The notes beneath the pieces were generated by a model, which saw only the letters and a program-made list of their open reading frames with translations, made no database searches and was not told where the DNA came from. A stretch of DNA of 64,000 bases from an uncultured Thiotrichales bacterium (GTDB taxonomy: Bacteria; Pseudomonadota; Gammaproteobacteria; UWMA-0217): contig CAYTPO010000142.1 of assembly GCA_964439815.1 (NCBI GenBank), forward strand, positions 6,310-70,309, in the 5' to 3' direction. The translations under genes and the position numbers were made by a program. Below are positions 10,999 to 21,180 of this stretch, one piece after another (the first letter of the stretch is position 1; each line of letters begins with the position of its first letter).

Positions 10999-12288
10999 AT
11001 GAGCGACACCACCAGCGAACACTTTCTTCCGGTCAGCCGCTTTGCACTGCTGGCGAAGCTGCGCGAAGCAGGCCAGTGGGACGAGGATGAGCAGGCGTCC
11101 TGCGAGCAGCTTTACCAGTATCTGTCACTGTGGAAACACCAGACCTTTCGCCGCGAGCTGCAACTGCTGAAACGCAGCTTTCTGCCTTTCAGCCCCGACC
11201 GCGATACCCATGCCATTCTCGACTACTCTGCGGAGGAGTCGGCGACGTTGCAACAAACCCTGCTGTCGCACCTCCGAGGCTTGCTGCAACAGGCCAATTA
11301 CACTGCCATCACACTGGACGACCTGCAACAAATCTTCAACGTCGACTCGCCTTACGGACTGCAGCTGAAGGTGGATCTGAGTGAATTCGACGAAGTGCTG
11401 CTGTACGCCCGCGGCTCCCAACAGGTCACCAAGAGCATCCGCCACTGGAAAAGCCTGTTTCTGAAGAAGGTACCAATTGAAGTACCGGTATATCAGCGCC
11501 TATTCCTGCTGCTCAAGCTCAAGCCTGCGGAGACGCGCATCAGCGAGATCATGCGCAATGAAGCGGTCGGTGAGAAAAAGGCCAGGAAGAAACTGCGGCG
11601 CTACCGGGAAAACCTGCCGGACAATATCTCCGGTGATCACATCATCATCAAGCTCTTCAAGAACATCCCCCGGGCCGATCTGGAAATGCTGTTTCCCAAT
11701 ACCCAGGTCAAGCTGAAGACGTTCGACAAACTCAAGCTGGGTATCACCGCCGGTGGCGGTACCATCGGTAGCGTCACGGCCACCGCAACCAAACTGGCTG
11801 CAGCAGCCAACCCGACCACGGCAGCGGCCGCGCTGGCCGGTCTGGTGGGTGTGGTATTTCGCCAGGTCATGAAATTCTTTGGCCAGCGCACCAAATACAT
11901 GATGGTGTTGGCACAGAATCTCTATTTTCACAATCTGGCCAATAATCGTGCCGCGCTCACCCTGCTGACCGATCGCGCTGAAGAGGAGGCCTTCAAGAAC
12001 ACGCTACTGGCCTACTTCATTCTGCATCAGCAAGGGGCCGCCGCAGACAAGGCCGAGTTGCAGCAGCGCACCGAGAATTTCATTCGTGATGCCTTTGCAG
12101 TCAGCATACGATTCGATGTCGATTCAGCCATCACCAGCCTGCGGGATGACAAGCTGATCACCAATGACAAAAAACTGCAGGCCATCCCCCCCGCAGCCGC
12201 TTGTCAGCAGCTGGAAATGCACTGGCAGAACCATATCAAGACACTCATCCAGCCGGACAACAACGACGAAGATGCTCTGGAAGCATAA
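10999..12288 (+). CDS. Hypothetical membrane protein, possibly TMEM143/DUF3754-like. Its ATG immediately follows the ettA TAG.
   Basis: 429-aa ORF with a central hydrophobic Ala/Gly/Thr-rich segment (LGITAGGGTIGSVTATATKLAAAANPTTAAAALAGLVGVVF). The family assignment is tentative. Confidence 0.45.
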   Translation: MSDTTSEHFLPVSRFALLAKLREAGQWDEDEQASCEQLYQYLSLWKHQTFRRELQLLKRSFLPFSPDRDTHAILDYSAEESATLQQTLLSHLRGLLQQANYTAITLDDLQQIFNVDSPYGLQLKVDLSEFDEVLLYARGSQQVTKSIRHWKSLFLKKVPIEVPVYQRLFLLLKLKPAETRISEIMRNEAVGEKKARKKLRRYRENLPDNISGDHIIIKLFKNIPRADLEMLFPNTQVKLKTFDKLKLGITAGGGTIGSVTATATKLAAAANPTTAAAALAGLVGVVFRQVMKFFGQRTKYMMVLAQNLYFHNLANNRAALTLLTDRAEEEAFKNTLLAYFILHQQGAAADKAELQQRTENFIRDAFAVSIRFDVDSAITSLRDDKLITNDKKLQAIPPAAACQQLEMHWQNHIKTLIQPDNNDEDALEA

Positions 12289-12330
12289 CGCAGCAGCCGC
12301 CACCCACGAATAACCCAGAAGGAGACTCCC

Positions 12331-13800
12331 ATGGAAAACCGGATACTCATTGGCAAAGGCAACAAGAAGGTCTATCTGAATCCCCGTTACGCCAACCGGC
12401 ATGGGCTGATCGCCGGTGCCACCGGTACCGGCAAGACTGTCTCCCTGCAGGTATTGGCCGAGGGGTTTTCACGCATGGGTGTGCCGGTATTTCTCTCCGA
12501 CATCAAGGGCGACCTCACCGGCATCAGCCAGCCAGGCAGAGATCATCCCAAGATCACCGAGCGCATTGAAAAGATCGGCATCGATGATTTTGCGTTCGAG
12601 GGTTTCCCCACCATCCTCTGGGATCTGCTGGGAGAACAGGGCCACCCGGTTCGTACCACCATCTCGGACATGGGGCCGCTGCTACTGACCCGCCTGCTGG
12701 ATCTCAACGACACCCAGGAAGGCGTGCTGAATATTGCCTTCCGTCTCGCTGACGATGAGGGCCTGCTACTGCTGGATCTCGATGATCTGCGCACCACGCT
12801 GAGATACATTGGCGACAACCGCAAGGATTTCCAGAATGCCTACGGCAATATCAGCAGCGCCTCCATCGGTGCCATCCAGCGGCGCTTGCTGGTACTTGAG
12901 GAACAGGGGGCCGATCTCTTCTTCGGCGAACCGGCTCTGGATCTGTGGGACTTCATGCGCACTGGCGCCAGGGGTTATGGGAATATCAATATTCTGACTG
13001 CCGATAAACTGATGCTGTCTCCCCGGCTCTACGCCACCTTCCTGCTCTGGTTGTTATCGGAGCTGTTCGAAACATTGCCGGAAGTGGGCGACCTCGACAA
13101 GCCACGACTGGTGTTCTTTTTCGACGAGGCCCATCTGCTGTTCGATGATGCACCCGATGCCCTGATCGAAAAGATCGAGCAGGTAGTCAAGCTGATTCGC
13201 TCCAAGGGCGTCGGTATCTACTTTGTCACCCAGAACCCGCTGGATATCCCCGACTCGGTACTCGGCCAGCTTGGCAATCGCATCCAGCACGCATTGCGCG
13301 CCTTCACCCCCCGAGATCAGAAGGCGGTGCGCGCCGCAGCGCAGACCTTTCGCATCAATCCCGACCTGGATATCGAAGCCACCATCACACAGATGGGCGT
13401 CGGAGAAGCACTGGTCTCTATGCTGGAAGACAAGGGTACGCCGGGTATTGTCGAACGCACCCTGATTCGCCCCCCCTGCTCCCGCATCGGTCCGGCCAGC
13501 GAGAGCGAACGTGCCGAATTGCTGCGCAAGAGCCCGTTTGCCGGTCGCTACGATGAGGCAATCGACCGCATTTCCGCACATGAGAAGCTCACGGAGCGGG
13601 CAGAGATAGCAGCAAGAGAAGCCGAGGAAGCTGCACGTGCCATGGAAGAAGCCAAGAAAGAGGCACGTCTGGGCCGGCAGTCCAACCGCCGGCAAAGCGT
13701 GGGCGAAGCACTGGTCAAGAGCGTTGCACGTTCGATAGGCAGCCAGGTAGGACGAACCCTGATCCGTGGTATTCTCGGATCACTGTTCAAGGGACGTTGA
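12331..13800 (+). CDS. DUF853 (HerA-like C-terminal) P-loop NTPase, YjgR-like
   Basis: 489 aa. ANRHGLIAGATGTGKTVSLQVLAEGFSRMGVPVFLSDIKGDLTGISQPG aligns with the E. coli YjgR N-terminus. Confidence 0.75.
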   Translation: MENRILIGKGNKKVYLNPRYANRHGLIAGATGTGKTVSLQVLAEGFSRMGVPVFLSDIKGDLTGISQPGRDHPKITERIEKIGIDDFAFEGFPTILWDLLGEQGHPVRTTISDMGPLLLTRLLDLNDTQEGVLNIAFRLADDEGLLLLDLDDLRTTLRYIGDNRKDFQNAYGNISSASIGAIQRRLLVLEEQGADLFFGEPALDLWDFMRTGARGYGNINILTADKLMLSPRLYATFLLWLLSELFETLPEVGDLDKPRLVFFFDEAHLLFDDAPDALIEKIEQVVKLIRSKGVGIYFVTQNPLDIPDSVLGQLGNRIQHALRAFTPRDQKAVRAAAQTFRINPDLDIEATITQMGVGEALVSMLEDKGTPGIVERTLIRPPCSRIGPASESERAELLRKSPFAGRYDEAIDRISAHEKLTERAEIAAREAEEAARAMEEAKKEARLGRQSNRRQSVGEALVKSVARSIGSQVGRTLIRGILGSLFKGR

Positions 13801-14711
13801 ACACCTTCAGCACACTCCATCCGACAAGGAACCACTCCATGCTCGAAATTCCCCGCAAGAAGTTCCGCGTACCCTTCGATGGCCACTTTTCCATCGCGGA
13901 TACATCGACATCGCCTCCGGCCGACAAGGCAGATGAAGCCTCACTGAAAAAGAAGCTGCTGAAAATCAACAGAAACCTGTATGACTTGCAGCGCGTTCTC
14001 TACGCGCATAACAAATACTCCCTGCTGCTGGTCTTTCAGGCAATGGACGCCGCAGGCAAGGACAGTACCATCCGCATGGTCATGCGCGGTGTCAATCCGG
14101 CGGGTTGCCATGTCACCTCATTCAAGCAGCCATCAAGCGAAGAACTCGACCACGATTTTCTGTGGCGCTGCAACAAGGCACTGCCGGAGCGCGGCCGTAT
14201 CGGCATCTTCAACCGCAGCTACTATGAGGAGACGCTGGTGGTGCGTGTGCATCCCGAATATCTGGTCCGTCAGAATCTGCCCTTTGCCATCAACACCGAG
14301 GATTTCTGGGAAAAACGCTTCGAGGCCATCCGCAATTACGAAAAGTATCTGGCCGACAACGGCACCGTTATTCTGAAATTCTGGTTGAATGTCTCCCGGG
14401 AGGAACAGAAGAACCGCTTTATTGCCCGTCTTCGGGAACCGAGAAAGCAGTGGAAATTTTCACCCCATGACATCATCGAGCGCGGGTTCTGGGCGCAATA
14501 CATGGATTGCTACGAACAAGCGTTGAATGCAACTTCCAGACCCTGGGCACCCTGGTACGCAATTCCTGCCGACAACAAGCCCTACATGCGCGTTCAGGTC
14601 GGCAAGACGATCCGCGACACGTTGCGGGCCATGGGACTGCATTATCCCGCCGTGGAAAAGGATGTGGCAGACAATGTCGAAGCGCTGATCAGGCAACTGG
14701 AAGAGAGTTAG
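13797..14711 (+). CDS. ppk2: Polyphosphate kinase 2 family protein (polyphosphate:nucleotide phosphotransferase). The start is either TTG at 13797, overlapping the previous stop, or ATG at 13839.
   Basis: PPK2 Walker A motif FQAMDAAGKDSTI and conserved LWRCNKALPERGRIGIFNRSYYEE. Confidence 0.8.
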   Translation: MNTFSTLHPTRNHSMLEIPRKKFRVPFDGHFSIADTSTSPPADKADEASLKKKLLKINRNLYDLQRVLYAHNKYSLLLVFQAMDAAGKDSTIRMVMRGVNPAGCHVTSFKQPSSEELDHDFLWRCNKALPERGRIGIFNRSYYEETLVVRVHPEYLVRQNLPFAINTEDFWEKRFEAIRNYEKYLADNGTVILKFWLNVSREEQKNRFIARLREPRKQWKFSPHDIIERGFWAQYMDCYEQALNATSRPWAPWYAIPADNKPYMRVQVGKTIRDTLRAMGLHYPAVEKDVADNVEALIRQLEES

Positions 14712-15496
14712 CGAACGATTCCTCGTTCACTGTTCTCGATAAAGTCGACAAAGGTCTTCACCTCAGGGAACTGCTCGGCCAGTTCCGCCACCGCCTGCAT
14801 GGCAGCGGTTCGATCCTTACCCTTGACCAGCAACTTGAAAGCCTGTGACAGGGCGCGGATGGTTTCAGGTGTAAAACCACGGCGCTTCAACCCCTCCTTG
14901 TTGATACCCACTGCATGAGCATAGTTTCCCGATGCGATGGTGAAGGGGGGAAGATCGCGGTTCAGCGCGGTTCCCATACCGGTAAAGGAGTGTGCCCCCA
15001 GCTGACTGAACTGGTGGACGAGGGTAAACCCGCCAAGAATGGCATGGTCGCCTATCGTCACGTGACCCGCCAATGATGCGCCATTGGAAAACACGGTGTG
15101 GTCGCCAACGACACAATCATGCGCCACATGGACATAGGCCATGATGAGATTGTCGCTGCCGATCACCGTCTCACCATGGCCGGTTACCGTGCCGCGATTG
15201 ATCGTGCAGTATTCACGGAAGGTGTTCCTGTCGCCGATCGTCAGACGGGTCGGCTCACCATTGTACTTGAGATCCTGCGGTGCCTCGCCAATCGAGCAGA
15301 ACTGGAAAATCTGGTTGTCCCTGCCTATCGTGGTTGGCCCGTTGATGACCACATGCGGCCCGATCCAGCAACCGGATCGAATCTCCACGCCCGGTCCGAT
15401 GACCGCAAAAGGGCCGATACGGACACCATCGGCAATGACGGCGTCCGTATCGATCACTGCACGTGGATCAATCAACAGGCTTCTCCTTCTTGGCAC
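14708..15496 (-). CDS. lpxA: UDP-N-acetylglucosamine O-acyltransferase
   Basis: Left-handed beta-helix hexapeptide repeats, colinear with LpxA (IDPRAVIDTDAVIADGVRIGPFAVIG...). The start may be a few codons inside the listed ORF. Confidence 0.9.
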   Translation of the reverse strand: MPRRRSLLIDPRAVIDTDAVIADGVRIGPFAVIGPGVEIRSGCWIGPHVVINGPTTIGRDNQIFQFCSIGEAPQDLKYNGEPTRLTIGDRNTFREYCTINRGTVTGHGETVIGSDNLIMAYVHVAHDCVVGDHTVFSNGASLAGHVTIGDHAILGGFTLVHQFSQLGAHSFTGMGTALNRDLPPFTIASGNYAHAVGINKEGLKRRGFTPETIRALSQAFKLLVKGKDRTAAMQAVAELAEQFPEVKTFVDFIENSERGIVR

Positions 15497-15944
15497 ACAT
15501 CAGTTCAGCCGATGCAACGGTGACACCATCGACAATCGCCTGTGCGGCAACCTTGATCATGTTGCGCTTTTTCGAAATCAGCTTGATGGAGAGCATCAGC
15601 TGATCTCCCGGCACTACCTGTTGGCGAAAACGCACCTTGTCGACGGATACCAGCAGAAAGATGAAATCAGTCGATTCATTGGCTGCTGCCCGACAAGCGT
15701 AATCATAGATACCGCAGGCCTGGGCCAGCGCCTCGATGATCAGCACACCCGGCATGATCGGTTCCTCGGGAAAATGCCCCTGAAAATAGGGTTCATTGAA
15801 GGAGACATTCTTCAGGGCGGTAATTGATTCTCCGGGGATGAATTCCACGACCCGATCCACCAACAGCATCGGAAAGCGATGGGGCAGAAATTCCATGATC
15901 TGCTGGATGTTCATTCCAGTGTATTCTTCAAGGCTCTTTGTCAT
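15468..15944 (-). CDS. fabZ: 3-hydroxyacyl-ACP dehydratase FabZ
   Basis: 158 aa. LPHRFPMLLVDRVVEF...FNEPYFQGHFP hotdog-fold signature. Confidence 0.95.
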   Translation of the reverse strand: MTKSLEEYTGMNIQQIMEFLPHRFPMLLVDRVVEFIPGESITALKNVSFNEPYFQGHFPEEPIMPGVLIIEALAQACGIYDYACRAAANESTDFIFLLVSVDKVRFRQQVVPGDQLMLSIKLISKKRNMIKVAAQAIVDGVTVASAELMCAKKEKPVD

Positions 15945-17007
15945 CAGTTATGAATATTGTTTTTTCAAGTTTCTTGATACGACGCGCAATCTCGTCGAGC
16001 TGTCTGAAACGCAGATAGTTCCTGCGCCACTTGCTGACCGGCTCCATCGGTACACCCGATGAATAGGTGCCACGGTCGGTAATGCTCTGCGCCACGAAAG
16101 TCTGGCCGGTAATGACAACATCGTCCGCTATCTGCAGGTGCCCCACAATACCAACGCCACCGCCTATCGCACAGCGCTCACCTATTGTGGTGCTCCCGGC
16201 AATTCCGGTACAACCGGCAATGGCCGTATGCTGGCCGATCTCCACGTTATGGGCTACCTGGATCAGGTTATCGAGTTTAACACCATCGGCAATGACAGTA
16301 TCCCCGATCGCACCCCGATCGATGGTCGTATTGGCACCAATCTCCACATCGTCACCAATCAGGACCCGACCAATCTGGGGAATCTTGATCCATGAGCCCT
16401 GCTCATTGGCAAAGCCGAAACCATCAGCACCAATCACCGCACCAGGGTGGATCAGGCAACGCGCGCCCACTACCACTTGCGACATCAGTGTGACATGGGG
16501 CTCTAGCACCGTATCGGCTCCAATCGAGACACCTTCCTCGATAATACAGCCGGCGCCTATGGAAACACCCCGCGCCAACACGGCGCCAGCACCAATAAAG
16601 CTGTTGGCAGCAACATGTACCGTGGCATCGATGCTGGCCGTTTCATGCACCTCGGCTCGCGGATGAATACCTGCGGGGTGGCGGCGTGGCGGGTGCAGTA
16701 TCTGCGCTGCCCTGGCATAGCTGAGGTAGGGATTCTGCGATATCAGCGCTGTTACGCCTGCCGGACAGAACGCCAGATCTTCCCGCTTGAGAATAACCGC
16801 CGCTGCCCGGGTCTGCTGCAGATAGGGCCGAAAATTCGCTGAGGCAAGGAAGCTCAGATCACCTTCCCCGGCCTTTTTCAGATCGTTGATTCTGCTCAGG
16901 ACAACCTCTGGTTTACCCTGAAGCTCCAGGCCGATCCGATCGGCTAGTTGCTTGGCAGTCAGCTCCACGAAGATCCTATTTTCCCGAGTGCGCTTGCAGG
17001 CGGGCAA
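15928..17007 (-). CDS. lpxD: UDP-3-O-acylglucosamine N-acyltransferase
   Basis: Colinear with E. coli LpxD (PYLSYARAAQIL, hexapeptide repeats, GSWIKIPQIGRVLIGDDVEIGANTTIDRGA). The exact start is uncertain because the ORF overlaps the skp 3' end. Confidence 0.9.
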   Translation of the reverse strand: MPACKRTRENRIFVELTAKQLADRIGLELQGKPEVVLSRINDLKKAGEGDLSFLASANFRPYLQQTRAAAVILKREDLAFCPAGVTALISQNPYLSYARAAQILHPPRRHPAGIHPRAEVHETASIDATVHVAANSFIGAGAVLARGVSIGAGCIIEEGVSIGADTVLEPHVTLMSQVVVGARCLIHPGAVIGADGFGFANEQGSWIKIPQIGRVLIGDDVEIGANTTIDRGAIGDTVIADGVKLDNLIQVAHNVEIGQHTAIAGCTGIAGSTTIGERCAIGGGVGIVGHLQIADDVVITGQTFVAQSITDRGTYSSGVPMEPVSKWRRNYLRFRQLDEIARRIKKLEKTIFITDDKEP

Positions 17008-17527
17008 TCACCTTGTCGGTGATATCGATCTTCTTGCTCGCATACAACACGCTCTCACTGACAACCAGATCGTAGTTCTCCTTTTCTGCAATCTCCACAA
17101 TGGCCTTGAAGATATCACTTTGCAGGCTGTTGAGTGCCTGATTACGTGCTTCGCTGAAATCGGCAGCAAACGCATCGGATTTGCGTTTGAATTCCCGAAC
17201 CTTCTCTCTCAGTGTGTTTTCCAGCTTCTGTCTTTCCGCAGCCGAGACCACATCCTTGTCACGGCGATACTGCTCTTCGAGTTTCCTGATCGCCGCCTGC
17301 TCTTCCACCAGCTTCTTTTCACGATCGGCAAACTGTGCCTTGATCCTGTCACTGGCAGTTTTGGCCTGCGGAGCATTTTCCATCAATCTGGAAACATTGA
17401 CTGCCGCTATCCTCGTATCTGCCTGGACAGTTGCCAGAGACATCAGAACAAGCAATACGGCAAGAAGCACCCTGCTGAATATCTTTGTCGTCATTACACT
17501 CTCCTTCGTTATTACCCAGTCAGTCAA
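16976..17527 (-). CDS. skp: Periplasmic chaperone Skp (OmpH). The probable start is the internal Met (MTTKIF...) at about 17494.
   Basis: Signal peptide followed by a Lys/Glu-rich coiled coil typical of Skp. Conserved position between bamA and lpxD. Confidence 0.85.
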   Translation of the reverse strand: MTDWVITKESVMTTKIFSRVLLAVLLVLMSLATVQADTRIAAVNVSRLMENAPQAKTASDRIKAQFADREKKLVEEQAAIRKLEEQYRRDKDVVSAAERQKLENTLREKVREFKRKSDAFAADFSEARNQALNSLQSDIFKAIVEIAEKENYDLVVSESVLYASKKIDITDKVIARLQAHSGK

Positions 17528-19821
17528 AAGGATGCACCGATACTGAACTGGAATTGTTGTGTGGAATCACCCTCTTTGTCATTCAGGGCATCCGCCAGAC
17601 TGAATACCAACGGGCCTACCGGCGAGAGCCATTCGAACGACAATCCAGCCGACATCCTGATTTCATTGTCATCAAAGTCATCGATATCCTTGAAGACATT
17701 TCCGGCATCGATGAAAGCCCCCATCCGCACCGAGCGATTCTCAAGTGCAAATGGCGCCGGAAAGAACAGCTCCAGATTCGCCAGTGTCCTGAAGTTCCCG
17801 CCAAAAGGATCATCGGTGGAAACGGACAGCGGTCCCAGGCTGTTGGAGCGATACCCTCTGACCGAGCGAATCCCCCCAGCATAATACTTCTCGAAAAACG
17901 GCAGGTCACTGGTTTTATTGTAACTTTCACCATAGGCCACATCTGCCATCCCCTGCAGCGTAAACCGCTTGCCAAACGGGAAGAGCAGAACGTTCCTGTA
18001 GCTGAGCTTGTAGTAATCCAGATCGGAGCCAGGTGCCGCCACTTCCAGACGCAAGCGTTGCAGGTTACCTTCGGACGCAAACACAGTGCGATCACGTGTA
18101 TCGTGAGTGAACGTGGAATTGACAGTGAACTCGTCATATTCATCGCCGTTTGCATTCACAAAATCCTTGATCTCGGTCGGCGAATTCTCGCTTGTCTTGA
18201 TCTTGATCTTTTCGTAATTGAGACTGAGCCGCAGGCCATCGTACTCGGTCAATGGAATACCATAGCTGACACCGACTCCGTATCGATCCGCGATGTAGTC
18301 GACCACATCCAGCTCACCGGCATCTGTCTTCCGGTAAAACGCGCTGAAACCCCGTGACACACCATTGATGGTGTAATAGGGATTGGTATACGAAACGCTG
18401 TAGATGGTGTTGGATGAACTGTTGTTGAAGTTGACCGAAAGACGCTTGCCGGAGCCAAACGCGTTTTCCTGGTTGAATGCCAGATTGATCAGCAGACCTT
18501 CCGATTGGGAGTAACCCATACCGGCTGAAAAGCTGCCGGCCAGTCTCTCGGTGACCGTCACCTCCAGATCGACCAGGTCATCACGTCCCGGCACTCGCTT
18601 GCGCTCGATATTGACCGTCTCGACAAAAGGCAGTCGCTGAATACGTACCTTGGAACGCTTGATCTTCGACGCGGAATACCAACTGCCTTCCAGCTGCCGC
18701 ATCTCGCGACGAAATACCTCATCCCGAGTTTTCGAATTGCCGAAAAACGAAATATGCCGGATATAGACCCGCTTGCCGGGATCGACGACAAAGCCCAACC
18801 CCACGGTATTGCTCGCTTCGTCGACCTCCGGAATCACATTGATATCGGCAAAGGCAAACCCCTTGCCGCCAAGCTCATCCTTCATCTTGCGAACCGAGTC
18901 GGCAACCTTGGCGCGTGAAAAGGTCTCCCCTTTCTCCACCTCGATCTTTTCCTTCAGGGCATCTTCATACAGGTCCAGCTTGCCATCCACCGCAATATCA
19001 CTCACCTTGTATTTCTCGCCTTCGGTGATGTTGATGGTGATGTAGAGATCCTTCTTGTCCGGCGTCAACGTCACCTGAGTGGAGTCGATATTGAAGTTGA
19101 GATAGCCACGATCCAGATAAAAGGCCCGCAGGATTTCCAGATCGGCCTCCAGCTTCTGCTTGGCGTATTCATCCCTGGAACTAAGGAATGCCCACCAGGA
19201 GGGGATGCCAGAATTGAAGTTTTTCATCAACTCCTCATCCGTAAAATGCTTGTTACCGAGAATCTCGACGCGACGAATCTTGGTGACGACGCCTTCGGAA
19301 ATCTTGATCGCAATATCCACCCGGTTGCCATCAAGCGTCTTCACTTCCGAATTGATCTTTACATTGTATTTTCCCTGCGAGAAATACTGCTGCCGCAATT
19401 CCCGCTCGATACTGTCCAGAACCGATCGGTTGAACACCCTGCCCTTTTCGATGCCGGCGCTGCTCAATGCCTGCTTCAGGGTATCGGTGTCGATATTCTT
19501 GTTACCCTCGATCTTGATGTCGGCAATGGCAGGACGCTCCTTTACCTTGATGACCAGCACGTCACCATCGAAGCCCAGCTGAACATCATCGAAGAACTCG
19601 CTCTCGTACAGAGACTTGATGACCGCTGCGGATTGCGCACCCGGAGCCAGCGTATCGCCGATATCCACCGGCAGGTGGGCAAACACGGCGCCGCGAGAGA
19701 CCCTTTCCAGTCCCAGTACGCGGATATCCTGAATCTTCCTCGCTTCAGCCGCAACCAGATGGCCAGCCTGAAAAACCACCAGAAACAACAGCAAAACACT
19801 TGCTACACGACTGCTCATCAA
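17524..19821 (-). CDS. bamA: Outer membrane protein assembly factor BamA
   Basis: 765 aa. Signal peptide, POTRA repeats and a C-terminal beta-barrel ending in the aromatic residue F. Conserved rseP-bamA-skp synteny. Confidence 0.95.
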   Translation of the reverse strand: MMSSRVASVLLLFLVVFQAGHLVAAEARKIQDIRVLGLERVSRGAVFAHLPVDIGDTLAPGAQSAAVIKSLYESEFFDDVQLGFDGDVLVIKVKERPAIADIKIEGNKNIDTDTLKQALSSAGIEKGRVFNRSVLDSIERELRQQYFSQGKYNVKINSEVKTLDGNRVDIAIKISEGVVTKIRRVEILGNKHFTDEELMKNFNSGIPSWWAFLSSRDEYAKQKLEADLEILRAFYLDRGYLNFNIDSTQVTLTPDKKDLYITINITEGEKYKVSDIAVDGKLDLYEDALKEKIEVEKGETFSRAKVADSVRKMKDELGGKGFAFADINVIPEVDEASNTVGLGFVVDPGKRVYIRHISFFGNSKTRDEVFRREMRQLEGSWYSASKIKRSKVRIQRLPFVETVNIERKRVPGRDDLVDLEVTVTERLAGSFSAGMGYSQSEGLLINLAFNQENAFGSGKRLSVNFNNSSSNTIYSVSYTNPYYTINGVSRGFSAFYRKTDAGELDVVDYIADRYGVGVSYGIPLTEYDGLRLSLNYEKIKIKTSENSPTEIKDFVNANGDEYDEFTVNSTFTHDTRDRTVFASEGNLQRLRLEVAAPGSDLDYYKLSYRNVLLFPFGKRFTLQGMADVAYGESYNKTSDLPFFEKYYAGGIRSVRGYRSNSLGPLSVSTDDPFGGNFRTLANLELFFPAPFALENRSVRMGAFIDAGNVFKDIDDFDDNEIRMSAGLSFEWLSPVGPLVFSLADALNDKEGDSTQQFQFSIGASF

Positions 19822-21179
19822 CCAAACAACCTATTGATATCATTAAAAAATGCCAAACCCATCAGCATGGCCAGCAACCCCAGCCCAATGCGTTGACCCA
19901 GCATTTCCGTGGTTTCGGATACCGGAGAACCCTTGATCAATTCGATGAAATAGAACAGCAGGTGTCCACCATCGAGTACCGGAACCGGTAACAGATTGAG
20001 CACGCCCAAACTGACACTGACAATACCGAGAAAGCCCAGAAACGCCGAGACGCCGATCAATGCCGACACGCCGGCATACTGGGCAATCGTGATCGGCCCA
20101 CTGACATTGTCCAGAGACGCCTGCCCTGTCACCATCTTGCCCATGAATCGCAGCGTCAGAACGGACATGTCCCAGGTGCGCTTGACACCCTGAAAAAAGG
20201 CATCGATGGGGCCGAATCGTACCTTGACCCGATGTTCGGCCAGCAACTCTGGATCGACCCAGGGTGCCGCTCCAACACGTCCGACCGCCACGCCGTTGTC
20301 GTCGACCGAATCCAGGCGAATGCGATAGGCAAGTTCCTTGTCACCACGCAGTACGACAAACTCGACCTCCTTGCCAGGTCTGGCCCGTACCGCATCGACC
20401 AGATCACTCCAGCGCGCGATGGGCAAGCGGTCGATCTCGATCACCCGATCATCCAGCTGCAAGCCCCCTCTGGCCCCGGGTCCGCCTTCCACGAGTCTGC
20501 CAAGCACTGCCGGCACCACCGGACGCCACGGCATGATGCCGATATTGTCGAGGATCTTCCCCTCGGCAAACATCTGCTTGCTGTCTGACAGATCAAGGTG
20601 ACGTGTGCTGGCCACGCCGGATTCATCAGCCAGTTCGAGTTCGACGCTGCCGTTGTCCATCGCCTGGTTGATGATCGCCAAGGCGGCATTTTCCCAGGTC
20701 GGTGTCGGAGTATCATTGACGGTAACAATACTGGAACCTGCGACAATCCCGGCGAGTTCCGCCGGCGAACCGGCAACAACCTCACCAATAACCGGTTTCA
20801 TGCCATTGACTCCCACCATGTACATCAGCGCATAGACGACAATGGCAAAGAGAAAATTGAATATGGGACCCGCCGCGACGATGGCAATACGGGTGGTCAC
20901 GGGCTTGCGATTGAAGGCACGGTCCAGTTCCTGCTCCGGTACCTCGGCCTCACGCTCATCGAGCATCTTCACGTAACCCCCCAGCGGGATTGCGCCGATG
21001 ACATATTCGGTATCATCCGGACCCGAGGTGCGCTTCCAGATGGGTTTGCCAAATCCGATGGCAAAGCGCAATACCTTCACCCCCAGTTTCCGGGCCACCC
21101 AGTAGTGGCCGAATTCGTGGATGGCCACCAGAATCGCAATGGCAACGATAAAGGCCAGCAAGCTGGTCAGAAAGCCCAT
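19818..21179 (-). CDS. rseP: Regulator of sigma-E protease RseP (site-2 zinc metalloprotease). The real start is at MGFLTSLL.
   Basis: HEFGHYWVARKLGVKV zinc-binding HExxH motif at the N-terminus, PDZ domains and multiple TM segments. Confidence 0.9.
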   Translation of the reverse strand: MGFLTSLLAFIVAIAILVAIHEFGHYWVARKLGVKVLRFAIGFGKPIWKRTSGPDDTEYVIGAIPLGGYVKMLDEREAEVPEQELDRAFNRKPVTTRIAIVAAGPIFNFLFAIVVYALMYMVGVNGMKPVIGEVVAGSPAELAGIVAGSSIVTVNDTPTPTWENAALAIINQAMDNGSVELELADESGVASTRHLDLSDSKQMFAEGKILDNIGIMPWRPVVPAVLGRLVEGGPGARGGLQLDDRVIEIDRLPIARWSDLVDAVRARPGKEVEFVVLRGDKELAYRIRLDSVDDNGVAVGRVGAAPWVDPELLAEHRVKVRFGPIDAFFQGVKRTWDMSVLTLRFMGKMVTGQASLDNVSGPITIAQYAGVSALIGVSAFLGFLGIVSVSLGVLNLLPVPVLDGGHLLFYFIELIKGSPVSETTEMLGQRIGLGLLAMLMGLAFFNDINRLFG

Positions 21180-21180
21180 G